64,000 nucleotides of DNA. Source: Pseudorhodoplanes sp. (GTDB lineage: Bacteria > Pseudomonadota > Alphaproteobacteria > Rhizobiales > Xanthobacteraceae). A model generated the notes under the pieces. It saw nothing but the letters and a program-made list of their open reading frames with translations, did not search any database and was not told where the DNA came from. Numbering within the stretch: position 1 is the stretch's first letter; each line of letters starts with the position of its first letter. Below are positions 28,274 through 37,385 of this stretch, in pieces. The stretch spans positions 4,464 to 68,463 of the forward strand of contig NZ_JBFWPA010000006.1 of the NCBI RefSeq assembly GCF_050250235.1. The letters are read 5' to 3'. Position numbers and translations under genes: made by a program.

Positions 28274-29118
28274 TGCAGCGCCTCCCGCCCCGACCGCAAT
28301 TCGCGCATGGCCTGGACAAGAAGGCGCGGAATTACCATGCGCCGGTATTCCGCGGTCGCTCGCATGTCATCGACCGGATCAGCGAGCTCCGCGAGGCGTT
28401 CTCCCGCGGCGGCTACCGCACCGTCGTGCGCAAAGCCGCCGGACAGGGCGGCATCGACATCCTCGCTGAACACCGGTCCCGGCCCGGCGCCGCCGATCGC
28501 AACCGATACGGCGCCCGCCTCGCTGATGCAGACCGCAACCGACACGATCGCGAAATCTCCGGAAACGCGGGCCAGCTTGCGATAAAGCCCTGCGCCGGCA
28601 TGCGGCGCCGGCAGCAATATGCCGGTGACAAGCTCATCCGGTTCACGGGCGGTCGCATACCAGTCGGTGAAGAATGCGCGGGCAGGAACGGTGCGAGTCC
28701 GTCCGACACGGCGCAGTTCGATTTCCGCCCGCAGCGCGGCCAACGCCGCGGGATAATCCGCGCCCGGATCGGAGAGCGAAACCGAGCCACCGATCGTGCC
28801 CATGTTACGCACCGGCATGTTGCCGATGGAGCCGGCGGCGTCGCGCAGGCACGCTCTCGTGCCGCCGAGATGTTCGGACTCCGCGCTCTGATAATGCCGC
28901 GTCATCGCACCGATGCGCAGTCCGCCATCGGCCAGCACCTGGAACCCCGCCTCCGGAATCGCTTTCAGGCTGATCAGCGCCGGGGCGCTGACGAGGCCAG
29001 CATTCATCATCGCGACCAGCGACGCTCCGCCGGCGATCGGCATCGCCTCGGGCTCCGCTGCCAGCAACGCCAGCGCCTCCTCGATGCGCTGCGGATGATG
29101 GATGACGCCCCCCCTCAC
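28270..29118 (-). CDS. Molybdo-hydroxylase FAD-binding medium subunit
   Basis: IAGGASL, IGAMT, RNMGTIGG, D.RATAEYR. Confidence 0.92.
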   Translation of the reverse strand: MRGGVIHHPQRIEEALALLAAEPEAMPIAGGASLVAMMNAGLVSAPALISLKAIPEAGFQVLADGGLRIGAMTRHYQSAESEHLGGTRACLRDAAGSIGNMPVRNMGTIGGSVSLSDPGADYPAALAALRAEIELRRVGRTRTVPARAFFTDWYATAREPDELVTGILLPAPHAGAGLYRKLARVSGDFAIVSVAVCISEAGAVSVAIGGAGPGPVFSEDVDAALSGGFAHDGAVAAAGERLAELADPVDDMRATAEYRRMVIPRLLVQAMRELRSGREALQ

Positions 29119-29573
29119 GATGCCTCCGCCGTCTGCAGGGAGTCCGCAAACCGCTTGCTGAAATCGTTTGCCAGCTGATCGGCTTTCTTCCGGAACACCC
29201 CCAGTCCGAACTTTCCGAAGCGGCCGGTCAGCGAGACATTCGATGTGTAGTGCACTTCGGTCCGGGCATTGCCGGCCTCTTGCAGCGTCACGACACTGAC
29301 CGCGCTGAGCATGCTGGCACGGCCACCTTCCGCGCCTCGCGTCCGCATGGAAATCTTTTCCGGCGGCGTTTCGTCCATGATATCGATGGCGAGATCGAAG
29401 GTTGCGGAGATGGGCCCGAGAGAGACCGCAATCGTCGCGCGATAGGCGTTCGGCGAAACCACCTCGACACCGCTGCAGCCGGGCACGCAGGCCGCGACGA
29501 TCGCGGGATCGCGCAGCGATCTCCAGACTCTTTCGCGGGGCGCGGCCACGGCGAAGGTGCCATCGAGCGTCAT
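29115..29573 (-). CDS. CoxG/SRPBCC accessory subunit
   Basis: APRERVW..L.DP..VAACVPGC, LTGRFGKFG. Confidence 0.85.
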   Translation of the reverse strand: MTLDGTFAVAAPRERVWRSLRDPAIVAACVPGCSGVEVVSPNAYRATIAVSLGPISATFDLAIDIMDETPPEKISMRTRGAEGGRASMLSAVSVVTLQEAGNARTEVHYTSNVSLTGRFGKFGLGVFRKKADQLANDFSKRFADSLQTAEAS

Positions 29574-29586
29574 CGCGTGCTCCGGC

Positions 29587-30672
29587 TCATCGCTTTTCCC
29601 GGGCGACCTGCATTTTCCTGTCGATGATCTTGCCGCGATCGATGACCATTTCATTGTCCAGGTAGACGCTGCATTTTCGCATCGGGACATCGTAGTGCCC
29701 CTTGGTGCGGCGATTGCCTCCACCCTCACTGTTCGGGCCGGTCGAGAACAAGAAGTTCCCCGGGAAGACGCGCGTCGCCGCCCGCGAGCGCTCCGGCGTA
29801 TCCCCGTTCAGCGCCGTCCAGTACCAGCGCGCCTGCGGATTCAGTCCCCAGCCCAGATGCGATATCGCAAACGGATCACGGTCGTCGTCTCCGTCCTTGC
29901 AGTCTTCGAGCCAGTCGCGCATCAGCGCGGCATCCAGACCGCCGTCAATCCGGGTGATGAAGCCGTCTCGTATCTCCAGATGGACCGGGTCCACCACGTA
30001 ACGGCAATAGGGCAGGATGACGATGTCGCCCGGCTGGATCACGACCTTGCCGTTCGCCGTGCCTTCGTTCGGAAAGGTGTGGACGTGGCCGCCACCCCAA
30101 TGATCGAACCGGCCTGGCTCATCGGCATAGCCGTATTGACTCATGACGGGGTATTCCCCGCAGCTATAGGTGAAATCGGTGCCGGCCTCCGACGTCACGC
30201 GCACCTCGCGCGTCTTGGCCAGAATTTCGTCGGCATGCAGAACCGCCTCCTTCAGACCTGCCGGGGCCTGAAGCTGTTCCAGGTCATCGGGACCATCGAG
30301 CACCATGAGAATGCGGGTTCCGGCGGCGCGCACGGTCTTGACCCAGGCCGAAAATACCGGCGGGTGGAATATCATCACCAGATCGGCCGCCTTGAGGGCC
30401 TCCAGCGAGCCTTTTCCCTGCCCGATCGAAGGAATGCCCACCTTCGTGTAGGTCGGCAGATGGTTGACGCGAATTTCGTAAATGTCGGCACCCAGTGCCT
30501 GCGCCGCAGCGAAGGCGGACCGCGCATACAATTCGCGCGTACCGAGATCGGTTACCAGTACCACCGTCTCTCCGCGCTTGACCTTGCACAGCTCGAGTTG
30601 CGAGCGAAACAGCTCCGTCACCCGGCCAGGATTTATCTGTAGCGGTCGATAGACGGCCTGCATCTCGTCCAC
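29587..30672 (-). CDS. nicX: 2,5-dihydroxypyridine 5,6-dioxygenase-like ring-cleavage enzyme (NicX/PicD/HpdB family)
   Basis: YGYADEPGRFDHW, AISHLGWGL, GNFLFSTGPN, GHYDVPMR match the NicX pattern as I recall it, including the His/His/Asp Fe ligands. Confidence 0.8.
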   Translation of the reverse strand: MDEMQAVYRPLQINPGRVTELFRSQLELCKVKRGETVVLVTDLGTRELYARSAFAAAQALGADIYEIRVNHLPTYTKVGIPSIGQGKGSLEALKAADLVMIFHPPVFSAWVKTVRAAGTRILMVLDGPDDLEQLQAPAGLKEAVLHADEILAKTREVRVTSEAGTDFTYSCGEYPVMSQYGYADEPGRFDHWGGGHVHTFPNEGTANGKVVIQPGDIVILPYCRYVVDPVHLEIRDGFITRIDGGLDAALMRDWLEDCKDGDDDRDPFAISHLGWGLNPQARWYWTALNGDTPERSRAATRVFPGNFLFSTGPNSEGGGNRRTKGHYDVPMRKCSVYLDNEMVIDRGKIIDRKMQVAREKR

Positions 30673-30733
30673 GGATCACTCTCCCGAAACCGCACGCCAA
30701 ATTTTCGGCTTGCATAAAGGAACATCGTTTCGG

Positions 30734-30762
30734 ATTGTGTGGCTGACATCGGGCAATGTCAA
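30734..30762 (-). promoter_or_regulatory. Sigma70-like promoter of the nicX-like operon overlapped by a palindromic operator
   Basis: Minus-strand TTGACA (30762-30757)-N17-CACAAT (30739-30734). Palindrome TGACAT-N6-ATGTCA at 30744-30761. Confidence 0.65.
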
Positions 30763-30806
30763 TACGGTACAGCGTTCTGGATTGGGGATGACCCAAAGGC
30801 ACTCGG

Positions 30807-31472
30807 ATGGCTCAGATCAAGAAGGACGACCGCCGCGCAGCAATCCTGAGCGCGTCCTACCAGCTGTTCATGAAGCACGGCTATCACCGCACGACGCTGC
30901 GGCAGATCGCTGAAACGGCGGGCGTTTCACTGGCGAATGTCTATATCTATTTCCCGTCGAAATATCAGATCGTGTTCGAACTCTACGATCCCTGGATGGC
31001 GGCGCGCCTTGAGCAGCTCATGTCCGAGGCGTCGGCAATTTCCGACAAGCGCCAGCGACTGCGACACATTGTCCTGACATTGTGGCGCGACATTCCCGCC
31101 GCGCAGAATGGTTTCGCGCGCAACATCATGCAGGCGCTGTCCACGCAATCCGTCGATGACGGCTACGACCCGACGATGATTGCCTGGATCGAGAAGCAGA
31201 TTACGGATCTGATCGCAGGCTGCCTGCCGTCGAGGCGCAGGCCGCTCCTGGAAGACGGGCGAATTGGCCACGTGATGATGATGGCGTTCGACGGCTTCGT
31301 CATCAATCAGGGCCTGAATCCCAACGCCGCCTGCACGGAGGATATCGCGGACTCGCTTTGCGCGTTCTTGCTCGGCCGCCCGGCCGATCAACGACCGGGG
31401 ATCAAAGTGCGTACCATCAAGACTGCAGGCCGCTCACAGATTGCAAAGGTCAACCTACCGCGCAGGCCTTGA
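30807..31472 (+). CDS. TetR-family transcriptional regulator
   Basis: ILSASYQLF..GY..TTLRQIAETAGVSLANVYIYFPSK helix-turn-helix. Confidence 0.92.
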   Translation: MAQIKKDDRRAAILSASYQLFMKHGYHRTTLRQIAETAGVSLANVYIYFPSKYQIVFELYDPWMAARLEQLMSEASAISDKRQRLRHIVLTLWRDIPAAQNGFARNIMQALSTQSVDDGYDPTMIAWIEKQITDLIAGCLPSRRRPLLEDGRIGHVMMMAFDGFVINQGLNPNAACTEDIADSLCAFLLGRPADQRPGIKVRTIKTAGRSQIAKVNLPRRP

Positions 31473-31526
31473 CACCTGCAGACCGACATCACGGCCGGAC
31501 CGAAGACGCAACAGAGGACGACGCTC

Positions 31527-32498
31527 ATGATGAAAACGACCGCCGCGTTGCTGATCGCCGCGACAGCATCGTTCACGATGCCTGTCGCAGCGCAGGATAT
31601 TTCGAGCTATCCCTCACGGACCGTCACGGTCGTCGTCCCCTTTCCCGCAGGAGGAGCGGCCGACCTGCTGGCGCGAATGGCGGGCGACGAGATAAAGGCA
31701 TCGCTTGGACAATCCGTCGTGGTGGAGAACCGTTCGGGCGCCTCGGGCATGACCGGCACAGAATATGTCTCGCGAGCGGAACCTGACGGCTATACGCTGA
31801 TCAGCGCGCCGATGTTCAACCTCTCGATCAGCGATCTGATCGTGCGAAACTCCAAATTCGATCCACGCAGAATGGAACCGGTCAGCGTGCTGGCGGTCTA
31901 CCCAACCGTATTGTACGCGCGCGCAAATCTCCCGGTAAACACGCTGCCGGAGCTGATCGCCTATGCGAAAGCCAATCCGAACAAGCTCACCTATGCGTCG
32001 CAAGGTCTCGGCCAGATCGGACACCTGACGGTCGAGGAGCTGAAGGTGAGCGCCGATATCCAGATGGTGCATGTGCCGTATCGCGGAAGCGCACCCGCGA
32101 TAACCGATCTGCTGGCGGGACAAGTCGACATTCTCGCGGACTCGGTTTCTGCCGGCCTTCAGCATGTGAAGAGCGGAAAGTTCAAGGTGCTGGCGGTCGG
32201 CAGCAAGGAACCGTTGAGCACGTTCCCGGGGGTCGCCACCATCGGTGAAACCATTCCCGGTGCGTATTCAGAGACCTGGATGGCCGTCGCTGCGCCTCCC
32301 GGCACCCCGAAGGCGATCACTGCAAAGCTTTCTTCGGCGATAACGAAGGGGTTCGCAAAGCCGGAAGTGAGAGCACGGGTCGAAGCACTGCAGCTCAATA
32401 TTCAGGGCAGCACGCCGGAGCAGATGGCCGGTCTCGTCAGCACGACGCGCCAGCGCTGGCAACCGGTCATTGCGAAAGCAAAAATCGTCATCGAATAA
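31527..32498 (+). CDS. Bug/TctC tripartite tricarboxylate transporter receptor
   Basis: YPSRTVTVVVPFPAGGAAD, VENRSGASG, HVPYRGSAPAITDLLAGQVD. Confidence 0.92.
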   Translation: MMKTTAALLIAATASFTMPVAAQDISSYPSRTVTVVVPFPAGGAADLLARMAGDEIKASLGQSVVVENRSGASGMTGTEYVSRAEPDGYTLISAPMFNLSISDLIVRNSKFDPRRMEPVSVLAVYPTVLYARANLPVNTLPELIAYAKANPNKLTYASQGLGQIGHLTVEELKVSADIQMVHVPYRGSAPAITDLLAGQVDILADSVSAGLQHVKSGKFKVLAVGSKEPLSTFPGVATIGETIPGAYSETWMAVAAPPGTPKAITAKLSSAITKGFAKPEVRARVEALQLNIQGSTPEQMAGLVSTTRQRWQPVIAKAKIVIE

Positions 32499-32612
32499 GG
32501 TGCGGGGACGCCCCGAACGCCGGTGCGAAGGCATCGGGCTCGTCAGCCGAGCTTCGGTGCAGCGCATGACACCGGGGCGAGTCCTGCCAGGACACGCAAC
32601 AAGGAGACGCTT

Positions 32613-34160
32613 GTGGACGCCGAAACACGTTCCATGTCCAGGTCCGGACCCGAGCAGGATGTCAGCCGCCGCGATCCCGTCGGCTGGAGAGACCTGCGGC
32701 AATGGCTTGGCGAGGTCGAGGCGGTCGGCGAACTGAAGCGAATTGCGGCACCCGTCGACCCGATTGAGGAGATCGGGGCAATCACGCTGCTTGCAAGCCG
32801 GGACGAAGACTCGCCGGCACTCCTCTTCGAGAACATGCAGGGCGATGCGACGGGCTCGCGCATTCTCACCAACATGCTGGGCTCGAGCAAGGAGCGTTAC
32901 GCCCTCGCAGTGGGTCTCGATCCGTCTCTCTCGATGCGCGAGATGATCGAGGCCACACGCTCGATCATGGCCGATCCGATCAAACCGGTAACAATCGCAA
33001 AGGAAGCGGCACCGGTGAACGAGGTCGTGCTCACCGGAGACGCTATCGATGTCACGCGGTTTCCAGTGCCGCAATTCTGGCCGGGAGACGGGGGACGGTT
33101 CATCGGCACGGGCGACATCACTTTCACGGCCTCCCCCGATACGGGCCGCATCAATGTCGGCTGTTACCGCCAGATGCTGCACGGTCCGAACCGCATCGGC
33201 CTATATTGTTCGCCCGGCAAACACGGTCTGCTCGATCGCGAGGCATGGTGGGCGCGCGGTGAGCCGTGCGAGGTGGTCGCCGCCTACGGCATTGACCCTG
33301 TCCAGTTCATGCTGGCGGCGCAGACATTCGGCATCGACCAGTCGGAACTTGACGTCGCGGGCGGCATTATGGGCCGGCCGATCGAACTCACGACCGGGGA
33401 ATTCGTAAAGCTGCCGATCCCGGCTCACGCGGAATTCGTGGTCGAGGGCATCCTGCACAAGGGCGACGTCCTGCCGGAAGGTCCACTCGGCGAATTTACC
33501 GGCTATTACGGGCGTGAGCGATCGCCGCAGCCGGTGATGGAAATCAAGGCGATCCATCATCGGAAATCGCCGATCTTTACCCACGCCTTGATGGCGCGGT
33601 ATCCATCCTGCGAGATCGGGGCTTATTACGCGATCATGCGCTCGGCGCGCATCCTCGATGACCTTGAGCGCATCGGCGTACCGGGGGTGGTGGGCGCCTA
33701 TTCGCATCCCGCGGCGGCGTCCGGCTGGGGCATGGTCGTGGTGTCCCTGCAGCAGAAATATGCCGGTCACTCGGCCCAGGTGCTGGCGCTCGCGGCGCAA
33801 TGCCCGGCGGCAGCCTATTACACGAAATGGGTGATTGTGGTGGACGATGACGTCGATCCAACCGATCTCAACGATGTGCTCTGGGCCTTGTCGACGCGCT
33901 GCCACCCGTCGGAGGATATCGATATCCTTCGAAACACCTGGTCTACCGGGCTCGATCCCAGCCAGTTTCCGCCGGAAGCCCGTCCCTACGGTTCCAAGGT
34001 GCTGATCAATGCCTGCAAGCCGCATCGTCATCTGGCGCAATTCCCGCAATCGACGATGTTGCGGAAATCGGTGCATGATCGGGTGGTGACACGCTGGAAC
34101 GAGCTTGGGTTTTCCGGATCGCCGCGCAGGATGACTGCATTCCATCCCGAATCGGAATGA
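32613..34160 (+). CDS. UbiD-family prFMN-dependent (de)carboxylase (non-HmfF clade)
   Basis: DLRQWL, PALLFEN, DGGRFIGT, NVGCYR, EGPLGEFTGYY, VVDDDVD..DVLWALSTR, LDPS. AAGGAG RBS before GTG. Confidence 0.9.
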   Translation: MDAETRSMSRSGPEQDVSRRDPVGWRDLRQWLGEVEAVGELKRIAAPVDPIEEIGAITLLASRDEDSPALLFENMQGDATGSRILTNMLGSSKERYALAVGLDPSLSMREMIEATRSIMADPIKPVTIAKEAAPVNEVVLTGDAIDVTRFPVPQFWPGDGGRFIGTGDITFTASPDTGRINVGCYRQMLHGPNRIGLYCSPGKHGLLDREAWWARGEPCEVVAAYGIDPVQFMLAAQTFGIDQSELDVAGGIMGRPIELTTGEFVKLPIPAHAEFVVEGILHKGDVLPEGPLGEFTGYYGRERSPQPVMEIKAIHHRKSPIFTHALMARYPSCEIGAYYAIMRSARILDDLERIGVPGVVGAYSHPAAASGWGMVVVSLQQKYAGHSAQVLALAAQCPAAAYYTKWVIVVDDDVDPTDLNDVLWALSTRCHPSEDIDILRNTWSTGLDPSQFPPEARPYGSKVLINACKPHRHLAQFPQSTMLRKSVHDRVVTRWNELGFSGSPRRMTAFHPESE

Positions 34161-34181
34161 TCCGTCGACCGGCGTATTGGA

Positions 34182-34227
34182 GAGAGCCGTCGGTCAGGCT
34201 CCCCGATCAGGAGTGACACCGGCTCTC
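34182..34227 (+). terminator. Bulged stem-loop downstream of UbiD
   Basis: Nested inverted repeats GAGAGCCG/CGGCTCTC, GTCA/TGAC, CTCC/GGAG. No U-tract. Confidence 0.4.
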
Positions 34228-34422
34228 CGGATGGCCGGCCGCCTGTTCCCGCCACGGCTTGCTCGAAGCGGTCGGTTAACGAGCGTCCGAACCAGACCCA
34301 AATCCTGAGAGACGCATATTCGATACTTTCTATCCCGTGCTTCAGCTAAATTTATTTTAGGGCACCCCGCGCAACACGGAAGATGTAAGCTGTCTGTGCC
34401 GGAACAGAAGGAGCAGATCGCC

Positions 34423-35439
34423 GTGACCCGCATGTTCGCACTGTTGCTTGGATTATTCCTCATTCTGTCCCCGAACCAGCTGCTGGCGCAAGGCGCCCCG
34501 GTGGTCCTGAAACTAGGCAGTTTCGTCTCGCCGAAAAGCATCACCAATGCCGTATCGGTGCCTGCCTTCATCAAGGAAGTAGAGGCGGCATCCGAGGGTA
34601 CGCTCAAGATCGAACACTACCCCGGCGGCACGCTCGGTTCCAATCCTGCGACGCAACTGAAGCTCGTCGAAGACGGCGTGCTCGACATTGCCGAAGTCGT
34701 CGCGTCGTACACGCCCGGCCGCTTCAAGGAACTCGACATGTTCGAGCTTCCCTTCCTCTTCAACAGCACGGAAGAGGCAGCGCTGACCGCCTGGGCCTTG
34801 TATCAGAAAAAGCTCCTGAGCGGCTTCGACAATCTGGTCCTGATCGGAATCGCCGAGGTGGGACCCTATACCCTCCATTCGCGCAAGGATGTGCCGACCC
34901 TTGCCAGCGTCAGCGGGCTCAAAATCCGCGCGGGCGGCCCTATCTTCGGCGAAACCATCAAGGCCATGGGTGCTGTGCCGATCGGCGGCATGCCCGCGCC
35001 GGCGATCGCCGAAAACATCACGCGCGGTGTGCTCGACGCCACGCTGATGGACGGCGGCAACCTGTTCAATTTCCGGATTGCCGATGCCGCACATTCGCAT
35101 GTCACCAATGTGCAGCTGGGCAACATCGCGGTCATGTTCCCAATGAACAAGGCCAAGTACGACTCGCTGCCTCCGAAGGCCAAGGCCGCACTCGACAAGT
35201 TCGGCGGCGTCTGGTTCACCAAGGTTCTGAGCAGCAATCTCGACAAGCAGGTGCGCGGCACGTTTGAGAAGCTTGCCTCGGACCCGAAGCACAAACTCAT
35301 CAAGTGGAGCGACGCCGATATCGCCACGCTCAAGCAAAAGACGGCAGCAATCAAGGACCCCTGGGACAAGACCGTCAACGGCGTGAACCTGTATCAGGAG
35401 CTTGTCCAGGCGCTGGCCAGTGTGCGCAAGGGTTCCTGA
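34423..35439 (+). CDS. TRAP transporter substrate-binding protein (DctP family)
   Basis: Signal peptide, EGTLKIEHYPGGTLG, YTPGRF..FELPF, GLKIR, GVLD. Start may be 34396, 34423 or 34432. Confidence 0.9.
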   Translation: MTRMFALLLGLFLILSPNQLLAQGAPVVLKLGSFVSPKSITNAVSVPAFIKEVEAASEGTLKIEHYPGGTLGSNPATQLKLVEDGVLDIAEVVASYTPGRFKELDMFELPFLFNSTEEAALTAWALYQKKLLSGFDNLVLIGIAEVGPYTLHSRKDVPTLASVSGLKIRAGGPIFGETIKAMGAVPIGGMPAPAIAENITRGVLDATLMDGGNLFNFRIADAAHSHVTNVQLGNIAVMFPMNKAKYDSLPPKAKAALDKFGGVWFTKVLSSNLDKQVRGTFEKLASDPKHKLIKWSDADIATLKQKTAAIKDPWDKTVNGVNLYQELVQALASVRKGS

Positions 35440-35446
35440 ACCAGCA

Positions 35447-35478
35447 GCCGGGGCGTCGCCTTTCGCGACAGCCCCGGT
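35447..35478 (+). other. Intercistronic stem-loop between dctP and dctQ
   Basis: CCGGGGC-GTCGC / GCGAC-A-GCCCCGG hairpin just after the binding-protein stop, a typical mRNA-stabilising position. Confidence 0.55.
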
Positions 35479-35490
35479 ACCGCGTCCGAG

Positions 35491-36033
35491 ATGAGCACTC
35501 GACTGACGCAGCTGAGCGCGATGATCGCCGCCATCGGCCTATTTGCGCTGACGGCGCTCGCGATCGTGACGATGCTCGATATTGCCGGTCGGGAAATATT
35601 CGGCGCACCGATCAGCGGCTTCAGCGACATCGCGGACATGATCGTGGTGTTCGCAGCGGCCTCATGCTTCCCGATCTCGCTGGTCGAGCGCCATCACGTC
35701 TCCGTTCGATTTCTCGGCAAGCTGAACTGGCGGCTGCGGGAATCGCTCGATCTTCTCGGCCACAGCCTGATGCTCGCCGTATTCGCAGTGATGTGCTGGC
35801 AGGTCGCGCTTTACGCACTCGATGTATACCGTAGCGGTCAGACGACCTGGCTGATCCGCATTCCGGTCTGGCCGCTTTGGTTCGCGACCACATTCATGAT
35901 TGCGGCATGCGTGCCCGTGCAAGCGCTGATCGTCGCGGAACAATGCAGGCGCGCATTTTCGGCGACACCATTGCGTGATCCGCAATCCGCAGAAACGGCG
36001 CTGCCGGATGCAGAAGCTGAGGGGCGGCCGTGA
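35491..36033 (+). CDS. TRAP small permease (DctQ)
   Basis: Four hydrophobic segments, DIAGR, HVSV, IPVWP. Lies between dctP and dctM. Confidence 0.88.
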   Translation: MSTRLTQLSAMIAAIGLFALTALAIVTMLDIAGREIFGAPISGFSDIADMIVVFAAASCFPISLVERHHVSVRFLGKLNWRLRESLDLLGHSLMLAVFAVMCWQVALYALDVYRSGQTTWLIRIPVWPLWFATTFMIAACVPVQALIVAEQCRRAFSATPLRDPQSAETALPDAEAEGRP

Positions 36034-37334
36034 GTCCCATCGACGCCGGCCTGATCGGCTTTGCCTGCCTCATCATCGTGATCTTCCTTCAGGTGCCGAT
36101 TGCCATCGCGATGGCCGTCACCGGAGCGGCCGGCTATCTGATCCTCACCGGCAACCTGAAGGGCATGGTCTCGCTGTTCGGCACCGAAACGGTGAACGTC
36201 CTGATCAACAAGGACTTCGCCGTCATCATGTTCTTTCTTCTCATGGGTGGATTCGCGGGTGCGGCCAACCTTTCCGCGGACATCTACCGCTTTGCCAATG
36301 CCTGGATGGGCCATATGCGCGGCGGGCTCGCGATGGCCACGATTATCGGTTGCGGTGGCTTTGGCGCGATCAGCGGGTCCTCCATTGCCACTACTGCGAC
36401 AATGGCGCGCATCGCGATGCCGGAGATGGAGCGGCGCGGCTATAGCCTCGCGCTCTGCACCGGCACGCTTGCCGCCGGCGGCACGCTCGGTTCGCTGGTG
36501 CCTCCGTCGGTCATCATGGTGATCTATGCCGTGCAGGTGGAGCAGTTCATCATCGATCTGTTTATCGGCGCGATCCTTCCGAGCATCCTGTCGATTGTTC
36601 TGTTTCTGGTTGCCATACGTGTTCAGCTCTACTTCAATCCGACAATGGCCCCTCCGTCGCCGCGCGTGGCCATGAGCGAACGGCTTGCGGCCACTCGGCA
36701 GGCCTGGGGTGCGATTTCCGTCATCGTCATTGTCATGGGCGGCATCTATAGCGGCGTGTTCACCGTAAACGAAGGCGCCGTGGTCGGCCTGGTGCTGACC
36801 CTTGCCTTTGCGCTCAGCCGCAGGCTGCTTGCGGGAGAGACGTTCTGGAAAACCCTGCGCGAGCAAGCGAGTTCGATCGCACTTCTCTATCTCATACTCA
36901 TCGGCGCCAATATCTTCGGCTATTTCATCACGCTTTCGCATATGCCCGAAGCGACCGTCGCCTGGATCAAGGAACTCGGCATACCGCCGATTACGGTCAT
37001 TTTCGTTCTGATCCTGATGTATATCGCGCTCGGATGCGTGTTCGACGCGCTCTCCGGCATGGTGCTTACATTGCCTTTCGTCGCTCCACTGGTCGCGGGA
37101 CTTGGCTACGATCTGGTCTGGTGGGGCATCGTCAATGTGATGCTGATCGAAATCGGCATGATCACCCCGCCGGTCGGGATCAACGTGTTTGTCATGCACG
37201 GACTTCGGAAAGACATCCCGCTCGTCACCATTTTCCGCGGCATCACACCATTTCTCATTGCAAATATCGTGGCGCTCGCTTTGGTGGTTGCGATTCCTGA
37301 TCTCGTAACCTGGCTCCCGAAAGCGCTGAAATGA
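36030..37334 (+). CDS. TRAP large permease (DctM)
   Basis: FFLLMG, RGGLA, FGAISGSS, GTLGSLVPPS, IGMITPPVG. Confidence 0.93.
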   Translation: MSPIDAGLIGFACLIIVIFLQVPIAIAMAVTGAAGYLILTGNLKGMVSLFGTETVNVLINKDFAVIMFFLLMGGFAGAANLSADIYRFANAWMGHMRGGLAMATIIGCGGFGAISGSSIATTATMARIAMPEMERRGYSLALCTGTLAAGGTLGSLVPPSVIMVIYAVQVEQFIIDLFIGAILPSILSIVLFLVAIRVQLYFNPTMAPPSPRVAMSERLAATRQAWGAISVIVIVMGGIYSGVFTVNEGAVVGLVLTLAFALSRRLLAGETFWKTLREQASSIALLYLILIGANIFGYFITLSHMPEATVAWIKELGIPPITVIFVLILMYIALGCVFDALSGMVLTLPFVAPLVAGLGYDLVWWGIVNVMLIEIGMITPPVGINVFVMHGLRKDIPLVTIFRGITPFLIANIVALALVVAIPDLVTWLPKALK

Positions 37335-37385
37335 GCGATCTCTTGCGCCCTTGAGACGGCGGCGCTCCGCACCCTATAACGAGGC

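Noticed and set aside
25485-29573. Aerobic CO dehydrogenase (coxLMSG), here or at 48832-53095
   Set aside because: Neither large subunit has the AYxCSFR active-site loop. They read GAFRGFG and GLNRGFG.
29587-30672. Leucyl aminopeptidase (M29), the usual automatic label
   Set aside because: NicX-specific motifs and the Mo-hydroxylase context favour a ring-cleavage dioxygenase.
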